A program made the translations under genes and the position numbers. The notes beneath the pieces are model-generated. The model had not been told where the DNA came from and ran no database searches. It saw nothing but the letters and a program-made list of their open reading frames with translations. A stretch of 64,000 bases of DNA, from the NCBI RefSeq assembly GCF_039654945.1, contig NW_027361798.1, positions 3,906,001 through 3,970,000 of the forward strand. The letters run 5' to 3'. This DNA comes from Dendrobates tinctorius. Taxonomy: Eukaryota. Numbering within the stretch: the first letter of the stretch is position 1; each line of letters begins with the position of its first letter. Positions 24,271 to 37,633 of the stretch are shown here, one piece after another.

Positions 24271-27200
24271 GTCTAGAGGGCCTGTTCCGGGCACACGAGA
24301 CACATGCTTTCACGTATGCCTTGACGTCTCGAGCCATATGCGGCCATCAATATGACCTTGCCAGGAGTTCGGTGGTCCGTTTATTACCAAAATGGCCACC
24401 TAGCCTGGAGGCATGTGCCCAGGCAAGAACCTCTGGCCGTAGCCGAGGGGGCACTAAGGTCTTGCCTGGCGGTACCGACTCGAGATCGATAGGAGCCACG
24501 GTCGTAAAACTCTCTGGAGGGAGAATTAACCGAGGCTACGCTTCTCCCTCCTCCGCTGAGACCACCGAGCGTGAGAGGGCATCTGCTCGGACGTTCTTCT
24601 CCCAGGAGAGGTAGTGTAGGGTAAAGCGGAAGCGAGAAAAGAAGAGCGACCACCTGGCCTGACGGGAATTCAGGCGTTGGGCCGTCTGAAGATAGACCAG
24701 GTTTTTATGGTCCGTGAAGACCTGAAAGGGGAACCGGGCTCCCTCCAGGAGATGTCTCCACTCGGAAAAAGCCAATTTCATGGCCAGCAGCTCCCTGTCG
24801 CCGATGGAGTAATTTTGCTCCGCCGGTGAGAAGGTCTTAGAAGAAGCAGGGATGCTTCCGACCTTGAACATCCTTTTGGTAAAGGACTGCTCCTGCACAG
24901 ACGGAAGAAGCGTCTACCTCAAGGATAAACGGCTTATCCACATCGGGACGGTGTAAAATGGGAGCGCCTGCAAAGTGGGACTTTACGGAGGAAAAGGCCT
25001 TAGAAACCTGTTCGGTCCACGCCTTAGGATTAGCTCCTTTTTTCGTGAGAGCAACCAAAGGAGCTACCAGGGTGGAAAAGTGGGGTATAAACTGGCGATA
25101 ATAGTTAACGAACCCTAAAAAGCGCTACACCGCTTTAAGAGAATGGGGTTCCTGCCAGTCCATAACCGCTTGCAGTTTGGCCAGATCCATAGTCAACCCC
25201 TGGGCCGAGATGACGTAGCCCAGAAATGGCAAGGACTCCTGCTCGAACAGACACTTCTCCAGCTTGGCGAACAGGAAATTCGCCCGTAGGCGGTCAAATA
25301 CCCTGCAGACATCTTTCCGGTGGGTGGGCAAATCTGGCGAAAAGATGAGGATGTCATCCAGATAGACTACCACCGAGGTAGAAAGCATGTCACGGAAGAC
25401 GTCGTTGACGAAATCCTGGAAGACAGTGGGCGCATTACAAAGGCCAAAGGGCATGACCAGATATTCATAATGGCCATCCCGAGTATTAAAAGCTGTCTTG
25501 CACTCGTCTCCCTCACGAATACGGATCAGGTTGTATGCCCCTCGTAGATCTAGCTTAGTAAAGAGTCGCGCCCCACGCAACCTGTCGAACAACTCGGAGA
25601 TCAACGGGAGAGGGTACTTATTCTTGACCGTGATGGCATTGAGACCCCGGTAGTCGATGCAAGGGCGTAACTCTCTGCTCTTCTTCTGAACGAAGAAGCC
25701 TGCCCCGGCCGGTGACACCGACTTCCTGATAAAGCCCCGTGCCAGGTTCTCCCTGATGTATTGGGACATTGCCTCCGTCTCCGGGAGAGATAATGGGTAA
25801 ACACAACCTCGAGGAGGTTCTGTGCCTGGCAGGAGGTCAATCGGGCAGTCATAGGGACGGTGCGGTGGGAGTGTCTCCGCGGACTTCTTAGAGAAGACGT
25901 CCGCATATTGATGGTAAGGTTCAGGGAGCGTGGAGAGGTTTGTAGGCAGCTCCGTAGACGCTCCCTGAAGACTGTCCCTGAGACACCTACCCTCGCAGTC
26001 CTTGCTCCAGCCCAATATTCTCCCCGAAGCCCAATCAATGTGAGGGGAGTGACATCGAAGCCAGGGAACCCCAAGGAGTACCTGATCGATGCCATGAGGC
26101 ATAATAAGCAAGGACAGGGTCTCCGGATGTGAGGGGGACATGGCGAGACCGAGTGGGACCGTCTGATGGGTCACTCGAGACGGCAATGGTGCCCCATCCA
26201 CCACCCTGATGGTCAGAGGTTGTGGGAGTAATACCAGAGGGATAGTGTGACTCTGGGCAAAACTCGAGGACATAAAGTTCCCCTCGGCCCCGGAATCCAG
26301 AGTGACCTCTGCCTCCCAGGTGGAGGAAACATTATCTAGGGTACCCCGGAATACCGGCTTAGGCGAAAAGGACTCCATCTGGGACTGGCCACCACCTACA
26401 ACCATGGAACGGGGTCGTCCCTTCGGCCGCTGAGGACATGTGCCAGCCGTGTGGCCAAAGTGTTGGCAGTGGTAACAGCGCACGGAGCCCCGCACCTGAC
26501 GTGGCTTAGTACCGGTGCGAGATACCTCCATGGGCTCGGTGGAGGGAGACTCCTGTGCGAAATGGCTCAGCGGTTCGGTAAAGGTGGGAGCCAGGTTAAT
26601 TTTACGCCGGGATTGAGTCCTCTCCAACCCGCGCTCCTTGAACCGGAGATCAATACGGGTGGAGACGGTGATCAATTCCTCCAGAGTTGTGGGAATATCT
26701 CGGGTAGCTAGAGCATCCTTGACGTGCTCAGCTAGGCTTCTCCAGAACACTGGGACTAATACTTTGTCCGGCCACTCCAGTTCGGAAGCCAATGTCCGAA
26801 ACCGGACAGCATAATGGCTAACCGAGAGTGACCCTTGCGTTAAGGACAACAGGTCGAGAGCCGTATCGTGCGTGACCTGTGGTCCTAAGAAGACCTGCTT
26901 CAGAGCCGCGAGGAACTGAGCAGGCCCCTGAACCAGAGGATCATCACGTTCCCACAATGGCGTGGCCCACTGCAATGCCCGGCCAGACAATAAGGAGACA
27001 ATGAAGCCCACCTTAGCCCGCTCTGTAGGAAACCGTGCAGCCAGCAACTCCAGGTGAATGGAGCACTGACTGACGAATCCCCTACAGGTGGCGCTTTCAC
27101 CCGAAAACTTATCGGGGAGCGGGAGGGAAGAGATTGTCGGCGAGGGCAAGAGTGTGGGTACACGTGAGACGGCCTCAGCGACCGTCTGGGCGGCAGCTAG

Positions 27201-28212
27201 AGCAGCATTCGCAGCTGAGTTGGTGCTCTCGATAGCCGCCAACCTGCTCTCCAGCTGCCGAATGTAGCGCTGCAGCTGCTGCACGTCTGCCATTGTCAGC
27301 CAGACCCTGGCGCTAGTGTAATGTTATGGTCGGCGGAACGCACCAGATATAAAATAATAAGAGGTGCGTTCGCCGCCCGGGGTCCACCGTGCGGTAGTTG
27401 GTAGGACCGCTGCTGGGCAATGGCAGATGCACCAGAAGGTGAAGTAGTGCGCACGGGTTAATGTCACCCGAACGCTAGGAGCGGCTCTGTTCAGACACAG
27501 AGTCGCTTGCCAGAAATAAATACAAAGGTGCTGGCCCTGTTATCGTCACAGGAGTCAGCGTGTGGCGTCGCAGCCGCGAACACCAATAGCTGCTGTTAAT
27601 GCAGCGCAGCGGCAACTATAGCCGCAAGCGTCGGCGCCGAGGACCGGGCACCGACGGACGCTAGTGTAGGCGAAGCAGCACTGTGGCGTAGCTTGCCTCT
27701 AATTGGTGCTGACCTAAGAACACTCTCTGTCACCAATCGTATTATCCGAGGGAAGGGGTTTCATAATGAGTCAGCCAACAGTCCATGCATCCGTCACCAT
27801 TCACACACATAGCAAGATAAGTCTACACTAGCGCATCGCCGAGCCGCCCTGCGGGCTTTTTATAGCGATGCACTTCCGGAACCTTCCATTAGCTTGGGAA
27901 GGACCAATCAGATCCGACGCAGGACCTGAGCATGTGACCCCTGCTCTCCAGTGAGAGGTCAAGTTGCGGGCATGCCCAGTAGCACGGCATGAGGACTTAG
28001 CCTCAGGAGCGGTTCCCTGCAAAGCAGGTTGCGCTGCCATTGCTGCACCAGAGGTGGCAGCAACATCCAGGCTGCCAGAGCGAGTCTGAGCAGCAGGCCT
28101 GGCTCGCCGTGTTTGCTGAGCAACACCCGGAGCGGTTGAGGAAGAATGGGAGACCGCAGGATGTCTGGCTCTGGATTCCTGCTGTGCAGTGCCAGGAATC
28201 CGACGCTTAACA

Positions 28213-31200
28213 CATTTGCTGTGGATGGTGTACAACTTAAATTTCTTCTGGCAATTACTCTGATCTGCTCCCTGTCCACATTTTCCGCTAAGGCTTTTGT
28301 GGATTCAGGAGCGGCTCTGGACCTGATGGACTTGGATTTTGCTAAACGTTGTGGGTTTCCTATGACACCTCTGCGGACGCCTATCCCTTTGAGGGGGATT
28401 GATGCTACTCCTTTGGCGAAGAATAAACCTCAGTTTTGGACCCAGGTGGTAATGCGGGTCGCCCCAGACCATCAAGAAAATTGCAGATTTTTGGTGTTGC
28501 ATAATTTGCATGATACCATTGTTCTGGGATTTCCCTGGTTGCAAATCCATAATCCAGTTTTGGATTGGAAATCTGTGTCTGTGGTGAGTTGGGGTTGTCG
28601 GTGTGCTCTTGGTGACGCTCCTGTTTTCTCCACCTCTCCCCAGTTGCATGATGTTCCTGACTATTTGGCTGATTATTATGATGTATTTAGTGAGAATGAG
28701 TCTGCGTCTTTGCCTCCTCATAGGAGTTATGACAATGTGCAATTGAGCTGAGCCCTGGGTGTAAATTTCCCAAGGGTCGACTTTTCATTTTATCCGTACC
28801 AGAGCACGAGGCTATGCGATCTTATATTAAGGAGTCGTTGGGGAAGGGTCATATCAGACCATCCTCTTCACCCTTGGGTGCTGGATTTTTTTCATGGCCA
28901 AGAAAGATGGTTCATTAAGGCCTTGTATTGATTATCGTGCCCTCAACAAAATTACTATTAAATATCAGTATCCGTTACCCCTGATTTCTGATCTATTCTC
29001 CAAAGTTAAAGGTGCTTGCTGGTTTACCAAGCTTGACCTCAGGGGGGTGTATAATCTTATTCGCATTAAGCAGGGGGATGAATGGAAGACGGCGTTTAAC
29101 ACTCCGGAGGGACATTTTGAGTACCTGGTGATGCCTTTTGGGCTCATTAATGCCCCTTCTGTCTTCCAGTGCTTCATGAACGATATATTCCGAGACTTTG
29201 TGGATAAATTTTTGATCATCTATCTGGATGATATTTTGATCTTTTCCAAGGATTGGGATTCTCATGTGGAACATGTTCGGACTGTGTTCCAGATTTTGAG
29301 GGAGAATTCCCTGTATGTTAAGGGATCGAAATGCCTTTTTGGTGTACAGAGGATTTCATTTTTGGGATTTATTTTGTCTCTGTCAACTATTGAAATGGAC
29401 CCAGCCAAGGTACAGGCCATTTATGATTGGGTTCAGCCCACTTCTTTGAAGGCCCTCCAGAAGTTTTTGGGTTTTGCTAATTTTTATCTTAAATTCATAG
29501 CTAATTTTTCTGGTATTGCCAAACCATTGACTGATTTGACTAAGAAGGGCGCTGATGTGCTGAATTGGTCTCCAGAGGCTGTTTCTGTTAGGCGTCGGAT
29601 TCCCGGCGCTGCACAGCGGGAATCCCGAGCCTTGCCTCCGAGGGTCTCCCATTCCTCCCCAGCCGCAGAGGAGCTTGCTCAGCAAACTCGTCGGTCCCGG
29701 CGCCCTGTCCAGACCAGCTCCGTGGGTTTGCTTGCTGCTGCCACCCCTGGTTCAGCTTTGGTAATGCATGCTGCTCAGCAGCAAGATCCTCCAGGGACTA
29801 AGTCCTCATGTCGGGCCACTGAGCATGCCTGTGGAGTGATCTCCCATTGGAGATCAAAGGTCATGTGCTCAGGTCCTGCTCGTTTTCGGATTGGCCCATC
29901 CGAGAAGCAAGGAGGATCACGGACGCCTGCGGCTATAAAAGGTTCGCATGGCCGCTCGGCCATGCGCTAAGATAGACTCAAATAGTTTGGTGTGTATGAT
30001 GATGGATGCATGCATGGTGTCTGACTCATTATGAAACCCCTACCCTTTGATACGTCTGTTGTTAGGGTTTAGAGTCTGAGTCAGCGCCTGCTAGTGGCTA
30101 GCCTGTAGGCCACAGTGCATACCGGCCGTCTGCACACTTGCACACGCCATTTATTTGATCCCTGTTGGTATCGCAGTCGCGGTGCCGGGCGCTAGCGGTC
30201 TAGAGGGACTTCAGTCCTGCTCTCTAAGGGCTGAGTCCTGTGACGTTACGCTAGCACTTACTCTGCCGAGCTCTGTGAGCGAAAACAGGCTACGGCGTCT
30301 ATTATTTGCGGTGGTGCGGCTCTAAGTCATAAGAGTTCGCCTCGGTACACCTTGGGTGAGGTTAACCCCGTGTGTGCCGTTATTGCACCAGCAGTTAACA
30401 CCTCTGCACGGTGGACCTCGGGCTGCGAACGCACCTAAACACCATCTTATTATTTGGTGTGTTCCGCCAGCCCTTAACAGTTTCTTCCTTTCAGGAGCTG
30501 AAGCAGAGGTTCACTTCTGCTCCGGTTTTACGGAAACCTGATGTCTCACTCCCGTTTCAGGTAGAGGTGGACGCTTCTGAGATTGGTGCAGGAGCTGTGT
30601 TGTCCCAAAAAGATCCGGTAACATCTAAAATGTGCTTTCTTTTCCCGAAAGTTCTCCCCATCTGAACGCAACTATGATGTGGGGAATCGGGAACTGTTAG
30701 CCATGAAATGGGCATTTGAGGAGTGGAGACATTGGTTGGAGGGAGCTAGACATCAAGTCGTGGTCCTCACTGACCACAAGAATTTGTTTTTCCTTGAGTC
30801 GGCCAAACGCTTGAATCCTAGACAGGCTAGATGGGCCTTGTTTTTCACACGTTTTGATTTTGTGGTCTCTTTTCTTCCGGGCACTAAGAATGTCAAGGCA
30901 GACGCCCTCTCTAGGAGTTTCTTTGCTGATTCTCCTATTGTGACCAAGCCTGTTACCATCTTAGGCGAGGGGGTAGTTCTTTCTGCCATCTCGCCCGATT
31001 TGAGACGTGCTCTGGAAGAGTTTCAGGAGGACAAACCTGAGGGTTGTCCCATTGGAAAATTGTATGTTTCTGACCAGTGCAGGAAGAGAGTGATGTCTGA
31101 AGTTCAATGCTCCGCATTGGCTGGTCATCCAGGTATTTTTGGTACTAGAGATTTGGTGAGTCGGTCATTTTGGAGGCCCACCTTATCTCGTGATGTCAGG

Positions 31201-31998
31201 AATTTTGTGCAGTCCTGTGGGACTTGCTCCCGGTCTAAACCTTGTTCTCGCTCTAGTGGGTTGTAGATGCCTTTGCCGATGCCCAGGAGGCCATGGACCC
31301 ATATTTCAATGGATTTTATCTCGGATATGCCTGTCTGTCAGAGAATGACTGTTATTTGGGTGATTTGTGATAGATTCTCTAAGATGGTCCATCTTGTACC
31401 ACTCCCTAAGTTGCCATCTTCCTCAGAGTTGGTGCCCTTTTTTTTGCAACAGGTGGTTCGCTTGCATGGGATTCCTGAGAACATTGTATCTGACAGGAGT
31501 TCAGTTTGTCTCTAGATTTTGGAGGACTTTTTGTTCCAAGCTGGGAATTCAGTTGTCCTTCTCCTCTGCGTTTCACCTTCAGACCAATGGGTAGACGGAG
31601 AGAACAAACCAGACTTTGGAGTCGTATTTGAGATGTTTTATATCTGCCGATCAGGATGATTGGGTCTCATTTTTGCCCTTGGCCGAATTTGCTTTAAATA
31701 ATAGAGCTAGTTCTGCCACTTTGATGTCACCTTTTTTTTTTGTAACTTTGGGTTTCATCCTCGATTCTCTTCAGGGCAGGTGGAGCCTTCTGCCTGCCCA
31801 GGTGATGACACTGTGGTGGAGAGAATGCACCAGATCTGGGACCAAGTGGTGGATAAGTTGTCTCTCTCCCAGGAAAAGGCCCAGCGGTTTTCCAACCGGC
31901 ATAGGACCATTGGTCCCCGGTTTAAGGTGGGTGATATGGTTTGGTTGTCATGAAAGAATACCTCTATGAAGGTGGCTTCTCCAGTTTAAACCTAGATA
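28213..31998 (+). pseudogene. pol of element A (protease FVDSGA, RT YLDD, RNase H, integrase), disrupted
   Basis: Fragmented ORFs at 28146, 28894, 30679, 31267 and 31616, with stops and frameshifts. Confidence 0.9.
29586..30479 (+). mobile_element. Solo LTR (family D, related to B and C)
   Basis: TGTTA...TAACA, 894 bp, TSD GTTTC, TATAAAA near 29934, U3 similar to the B and C LTRs. Confidence 0.93.
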
Positions 31999-32078
31999 AC
32001 CCGATATGAGCACAGCCGTGGCCAAACGTCAACAGGCAGTACTCAAACTAATTTCTTTATAATAATTTGTAATAATTT

Positions 32079-32204
32079 ACTAATAGAGGATTATACCCAC
32101 TGTGACGAACAATAATAGAGGATTATACCCATTGTGCCAAGCACTAATAGCAGAGGATTTTTACCCACTGTGCCAGGCACTAATAGAGGATTATATTCAC
32201 TGTG
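32079..32204 (+). repeat. 32-bp satellite remnant
   Basis: About four degenerate monomers. Confidence 0.85.
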
Positions 32205-32696
32205 CGTCGCGGTCATTGGCGGTCTGTGAGAAGCGCGATCTTCCTGTCGGACTCACCACAGATCCATCAGGACGTGTCGCCCTTCCTGGGACTGTCAGGA
32301 CAGAGGTCGTCAGTAGCCGCAGTGTTTTATGGTGAAGCGGCTTCTCACTGATGCGGGGGACAGCTCGGCGCCTCCTCCGCTCCCGGGAGAAAGTTTCCCG
32401 TCACCTCCTGTATTCGCTGCACACTCTGCGGCCCATACAGACACTGCGGCAAGAGCTGCTGCGGTATCATCAGGAGCAGACTGCAGTCTCTGGTGCCCGC
32501 AGCACAAGAGCCAAGATCGTGGGTACAGAGCTCTCTATACCGCCCCCGGCGCAGACACCAGTGGGGACCACCGGCCGAGATCAGCTCTGATGAGAAAATG
32601 TGGGGGATCTTAGAAGAGCCTGGATCCTACAGAATGATCTCTATATACCGCCCGGTGCAGACCCCAGTGTGACCCATCCTCCGAGATCAGCGGCGT

Positions 32697-32737
32697 CAGC
32701 TCTGGTGGTGAAAGGGTGGGTGGCTCTCAGAAGAGCC
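32697..32737 (-). terminator. Histone stem-loop and HDE (H2A)
   Basis: Minus strand GGCTCTTCTGAGAGCC (32737-32722), followed by CAGAGCTG. Confidence 0.9.
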
Positions 32738-32769
32738 TTTGGTTGTGTAGATGGGATCGGCGGTAGCGC

Positions 32770-33846
<1,077 letters not shown>

Positions 33847-33870
33847 GATCTGCTCCGCCATCACCACAAA

Positions 33871-33910
33871 GGCTCTTCTAAGAGCCGCCCACCCACTCAC
33901 TATAGAGCTG
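33871..33910 (+). terminator. Histone stem-loop and HDE (H2B)
   Basis: GGCTCTTCTAAGAGCC at 33871-33886; TAGAGCTG at 33903-33910. Confidence 0.93.
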
Positions 33911-34980
33911 CTCCTCCGTGTAGGGCCGTGTCCTCCTCACAGCTGCTCCTGTGTCCTCTCCTTCCTGAGGTGTCCGACACCGCCCGGGTCTCTGGTCACA
34001 GGATGAATAGATGCTGAGGGCGATGGGCAGAGATTCGGGGCTGGTTTCTGATCTCATTTCTGAGGTTGCTTTGTGTTCCGTGAATGACAATTGTGACTCC
34101 ATAATAATCCGACGCCATTAGCCTAAAGCAGAGGGCGATGAGATCAGTGGGGAAGCGCCGACCGCTGCGGTCACATCTGCCGGAGACGGGGAGAGATTCG
34201 CGGCTGCGATCAGTCAGGGACACAGAGTGTCGGCGCCTCCAACAACAGAGACCAGGAGGAGGTCGCTGCTCTCTATGGAGCTGCCCCGGGCTCAGTGGGT
34301 CCCTGTGATCTCGGGACTCGATGTCGCAGCCCCGGGCGGCTCTCTTCCTCCGGACACACTGCGGTCCCGGCTGCGGCCTCCTCTCTCGGTGCTGCCCCTG
34401 TCTTCAGCCCCTGGAGCTCGCACCGCTGTTTGCACTTTCCGATCTATTCTGGGGTTGAGCCTTGTAACAGGGTGTATGGGCGCTATATCCGGACACAGAC
34501 CCCTCTGTGCACAGTACAGAGCTCGGAGTGCTGCTGTGAGATGAAGGGAAGGTAACGGCGGCGGCCGATCAGGGGAGCGATCAGCAGCTCCGGGGAGCAG
34601 GACTCTGAGCTCTGCGGGTGCAGCTGCCCCAGACCGGACGGCTCACGTCACAGCGATCTCCGCTACTAAGAGGGGAATAATCCGAAGGACAGGAAAGGGA
34701 TTGAGCGGGGAATTCAAAACTATCAACGGGTCTGATCAGCCAATGAGAGAAGTACGCAGGCGCGACTAATCCCAGAGCCAGGTATGGACTCCTCCGGTTA
34801 ACTCCTTAGTGACCGTGCGCTGCTCATTTCCCCCTTCTGTATATAAAGCTGCATGGAAGCAGGAACAGAACCGCTGGATCTACCGATAACGGAACCGGCC
34901 AGAATAACGGCCCTCAGACAACTGTGGACTAAGCAGCCTAGATATTACCGAACCGAGGAGGAAGGAGAAATGGCAGGAAG

Positions 34981-35021
34981 GAGCTCATCTGTGGGAGAAT
35001 TTGGTGGCTCTGAGAAGAGCC
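34981..35021 (-). terminator. Histone stem-loop and HDE (H3)
   Basis: Minus strand GGCTCTTCTCAGAGCC (35021-35006), followed by AGATGAGCTC. Confidence 0.92.
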
Positions 35022-35050
35022 TTTGTGTTGTGGTTGGTGCTCGGAAAGAT

Positions 35051-35515
<465 letters not shown>

Positions 35516-35880
35516 TTATCCCCTAGTGCGCGTCCTCATTGGTCTATAGGAAACACGCCCCCTGCACGCCATTGGTGATTACATTAAATAGAAGCCAATA
35601 AAAACCTGATTTGTTTGACCAATTATCGTGAAGCAAACCGCGGCCTCCCGCCCTGTAACCCCGCCTCCTCCATGATGCGGCTCTCAGCAGATCGCGCTCA
35701 TCTCCCGCTGTACAGAATAGAGAAATCCGGTGACGTCATCTCCAGCACAGGAGGAGACCTGGAGCAGCCGCCACCGCACTGCCATGACCCCGTGTACACA
35801 GCGCTGTACAGTGCAGCTCCCCATTATCACCAGATCACACCCATCCTGACACTGCGCCCGGATTATCAGCAGCTCATAAA

Positions 35881-37590
35881 CTGCAGAGGAGGCACTGATC
35901 ATACAGCTCTGCAGGGAGGAGGTGGTGGCACTGATCATACAGCTATGCAGGAAGGAGGTGGCACTGATCATACAGCTCTGCAGGGAGGAGGTGGTGGCAC
36001 TGATCATACAGCTATGCAGGGAGGAGGTGGTGGCACTGATCATACAGCTCTGCAGGGAGGAGGTGGCACTGATCATACAGCTCTGCAGTGAGGAGGTGGT
36101 ACTGATCATACAGCTCTGCAGGGAGGAGGTGGCACTGATCATACAGCTCTGCAGGGAGGAGGTGGCACTGATCATACAGCTCTGCAGGGAGGAGGTGGCA
36201 CTGATCATACAGCTCTGCAGGGAGGAGGTAGCAGTGATCATACAGTTCTGCAGGGAGGAGGTGGCACTGATCATACAGCTCTGCAGGGAGGAGGTGGCAC
36301 TGATCATACAGCTCTGCAGGGAGGAGGTGGCACTGATCATACAGCTCTGCAGGGAGGAGGTGGCACTGATCACACAGCTCTGCAGGGAGGAGGTGGCACT
36401 GATCATACAGCTCTGCAGGAAGGAGGTGGTGGCACTGATCATACAGCTCTGCAGGGAGGAGGAGGAGGCACTGATCACACAGCTCTGCAGGAAGGAGGTG
36501 GTGGCACTGATCATACAGCTCTGCAGGGAGGAGGTGGTGGCACTGATCACACAGCTCTGCAGGGAGGAGGTGGCACTGATCATACAGCTCTGCAGGGAGG
36601 TGGTGGCACTGATCATACAGCTCTGCAGGGAGGAGGTGGTGGCACTGATCATACAGCTCTGCAGGGAGGAGGTGGTGGCACTGATCATACAGCTCTGCAG
36701 GGAGGGGGTGGTGGCACTGATCATACAGCTCTGCAGGGAGGAGGAGGCACTGATCACACAGCTCTGCAGGGAGGAGGTGGCACTGATCATACAGCTCTGC
36801 AGGGAGGAGGTTGTGGCACTGATCATACAGCTCTGCAGGGAGGAGGAGGCACTGATCACACAGCTCTGCAGGGAGGAGGAGGAGGCACTGATCACACAGC
36901 TCTGCAGGGAGGAGGTGGCACTGATCATACAGCTCTGCAGAGAGGAGGTGGTGGCACTGATCATACAGCTCTGCAGGGAGGAGGTTGTGGCACTGATCAT
37001 ACAGCTCTGCAGGGAGGAGGTGGTGGCACTGATCATACAGCTCTGCAGGGAGGAGGTGGCACTGATCATACAGCTCTGCAGGGAGGAGGTGGTGGCATTG
37101 ATCATACAGCTCTGCAGGGAGGAGGTGGTGGCACTGATCATACAGCTCTGCAGGGAGGTGGTGGCACTGATCATACAGCACTGCAGTGAGGAGGTGGTGG
37201 CACTGATCATACAGCTCTGCAGGGAGGAGGTGGTGGCACTGATCATACAGCTCTGCAGGGAGGAGGTGGCACTGATCATACAGCTCTGCAGGGAGGAGGT
37301 GGTGGCATTGATCATACAGCTCTGCAGGGAGGAGGTGGTGGCACTGATCATACAGCTCTGCAGGGAGGTGGTGGCACTGATCATACAGCACTGCAGTGAG
37401 GAGTTGGTGGCACTGATCATACAGCTCTGCAGGGAGGAGGTGGTGGCACTGATCATACAGCTCTGCAGGGAGGAGGTGGTGCCACTGATCATACAGCTTT
37501 GCAGGGAGGAGGTGGTGCCACTGATCATACAGCTCTGCAGGGAGGAGGTGGTGCCACTGATCATACAGCTCTGCAGGGAGGAGGTGGTGG
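35881..37590 (-). repeat. 33/36-bp minisatellite, about 49 units, derived from the H1 3'-processing signal
   Basis: Minus-strand unit ATCAGTGCC(ACC)ACCTCCTCCCTGCAGAGCTGTATG, contiguous with the H1 stem-loop. Confidence 0.95.
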
Positions 37591-37604
37591 CTCTGATAAG
37601 AGCC
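37565..37604 (-). terminator. Histone stem-loop and first HDE (H1)
   Basis: Minus strand GGCTCTTATCAGAGCC (37604-37589), then ACCAC, then AGAGCTGTA. Confidence 0.9.
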
Positions 37605-37633
37605 TTTGTGGGATGAGGACAGGGCGGCTCCGC

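Larger units (their letters stand above)
21090..27293 (-). pseudogene. gag-pol of element B (gag, protease LDSGA, RT YLDD, RNase H, integrase, chromodomain), disrupted
   Basis: 722-aa ORF 27293-25125, followed by frameshifted RNase H and integrase fragments and a hAT insertion. Confidence 0.92.
20188..28212 (-). mobile_element. Full-length Gypsy chromovirus family B
   Basis: LTRs 20188-21078 and 27322-28212 (891 bp each), 5-bp TSD CATTT, polypurine tract next to 21078, gag-pol on the - strand. Confidence 0.96.
18439..31998 (+). mobile_element. Gypsy/Ty3 LTR retrotransposon family A (5' LTR 18439-19264, 3' end truncated), host to nested insertions
   Basis: TG...ACA LTR with TATA at 18585; gag from 19408; protease-RT-RNaseH-integrase order over 28213-31998; no 3' LTR seen. 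Confidence 0.88.

Noticed and set aside
32581-32600. Hammerhead ribozyme core (CTGATGAG, then AAAA)
   Set aside because: There is no stem II or flanking helices; the sequence is the antisense of the duplicated H2A HDE.
35881-37590. U7 snRNA gene copies (TACAGCTCT on the + strand)
   Set aside because: There is no U7-type Sm site or 3' hairpin; the match is the complement of the HDE, not a U7 gene.
35684-37616. Long ORFs (564, 626 and 459 aa) across the H1-H3 minisatellite
   Set aside because: They are a by-product of stop-free units whose lengths are multiples of 3; they are open on both strands with no coding signals.
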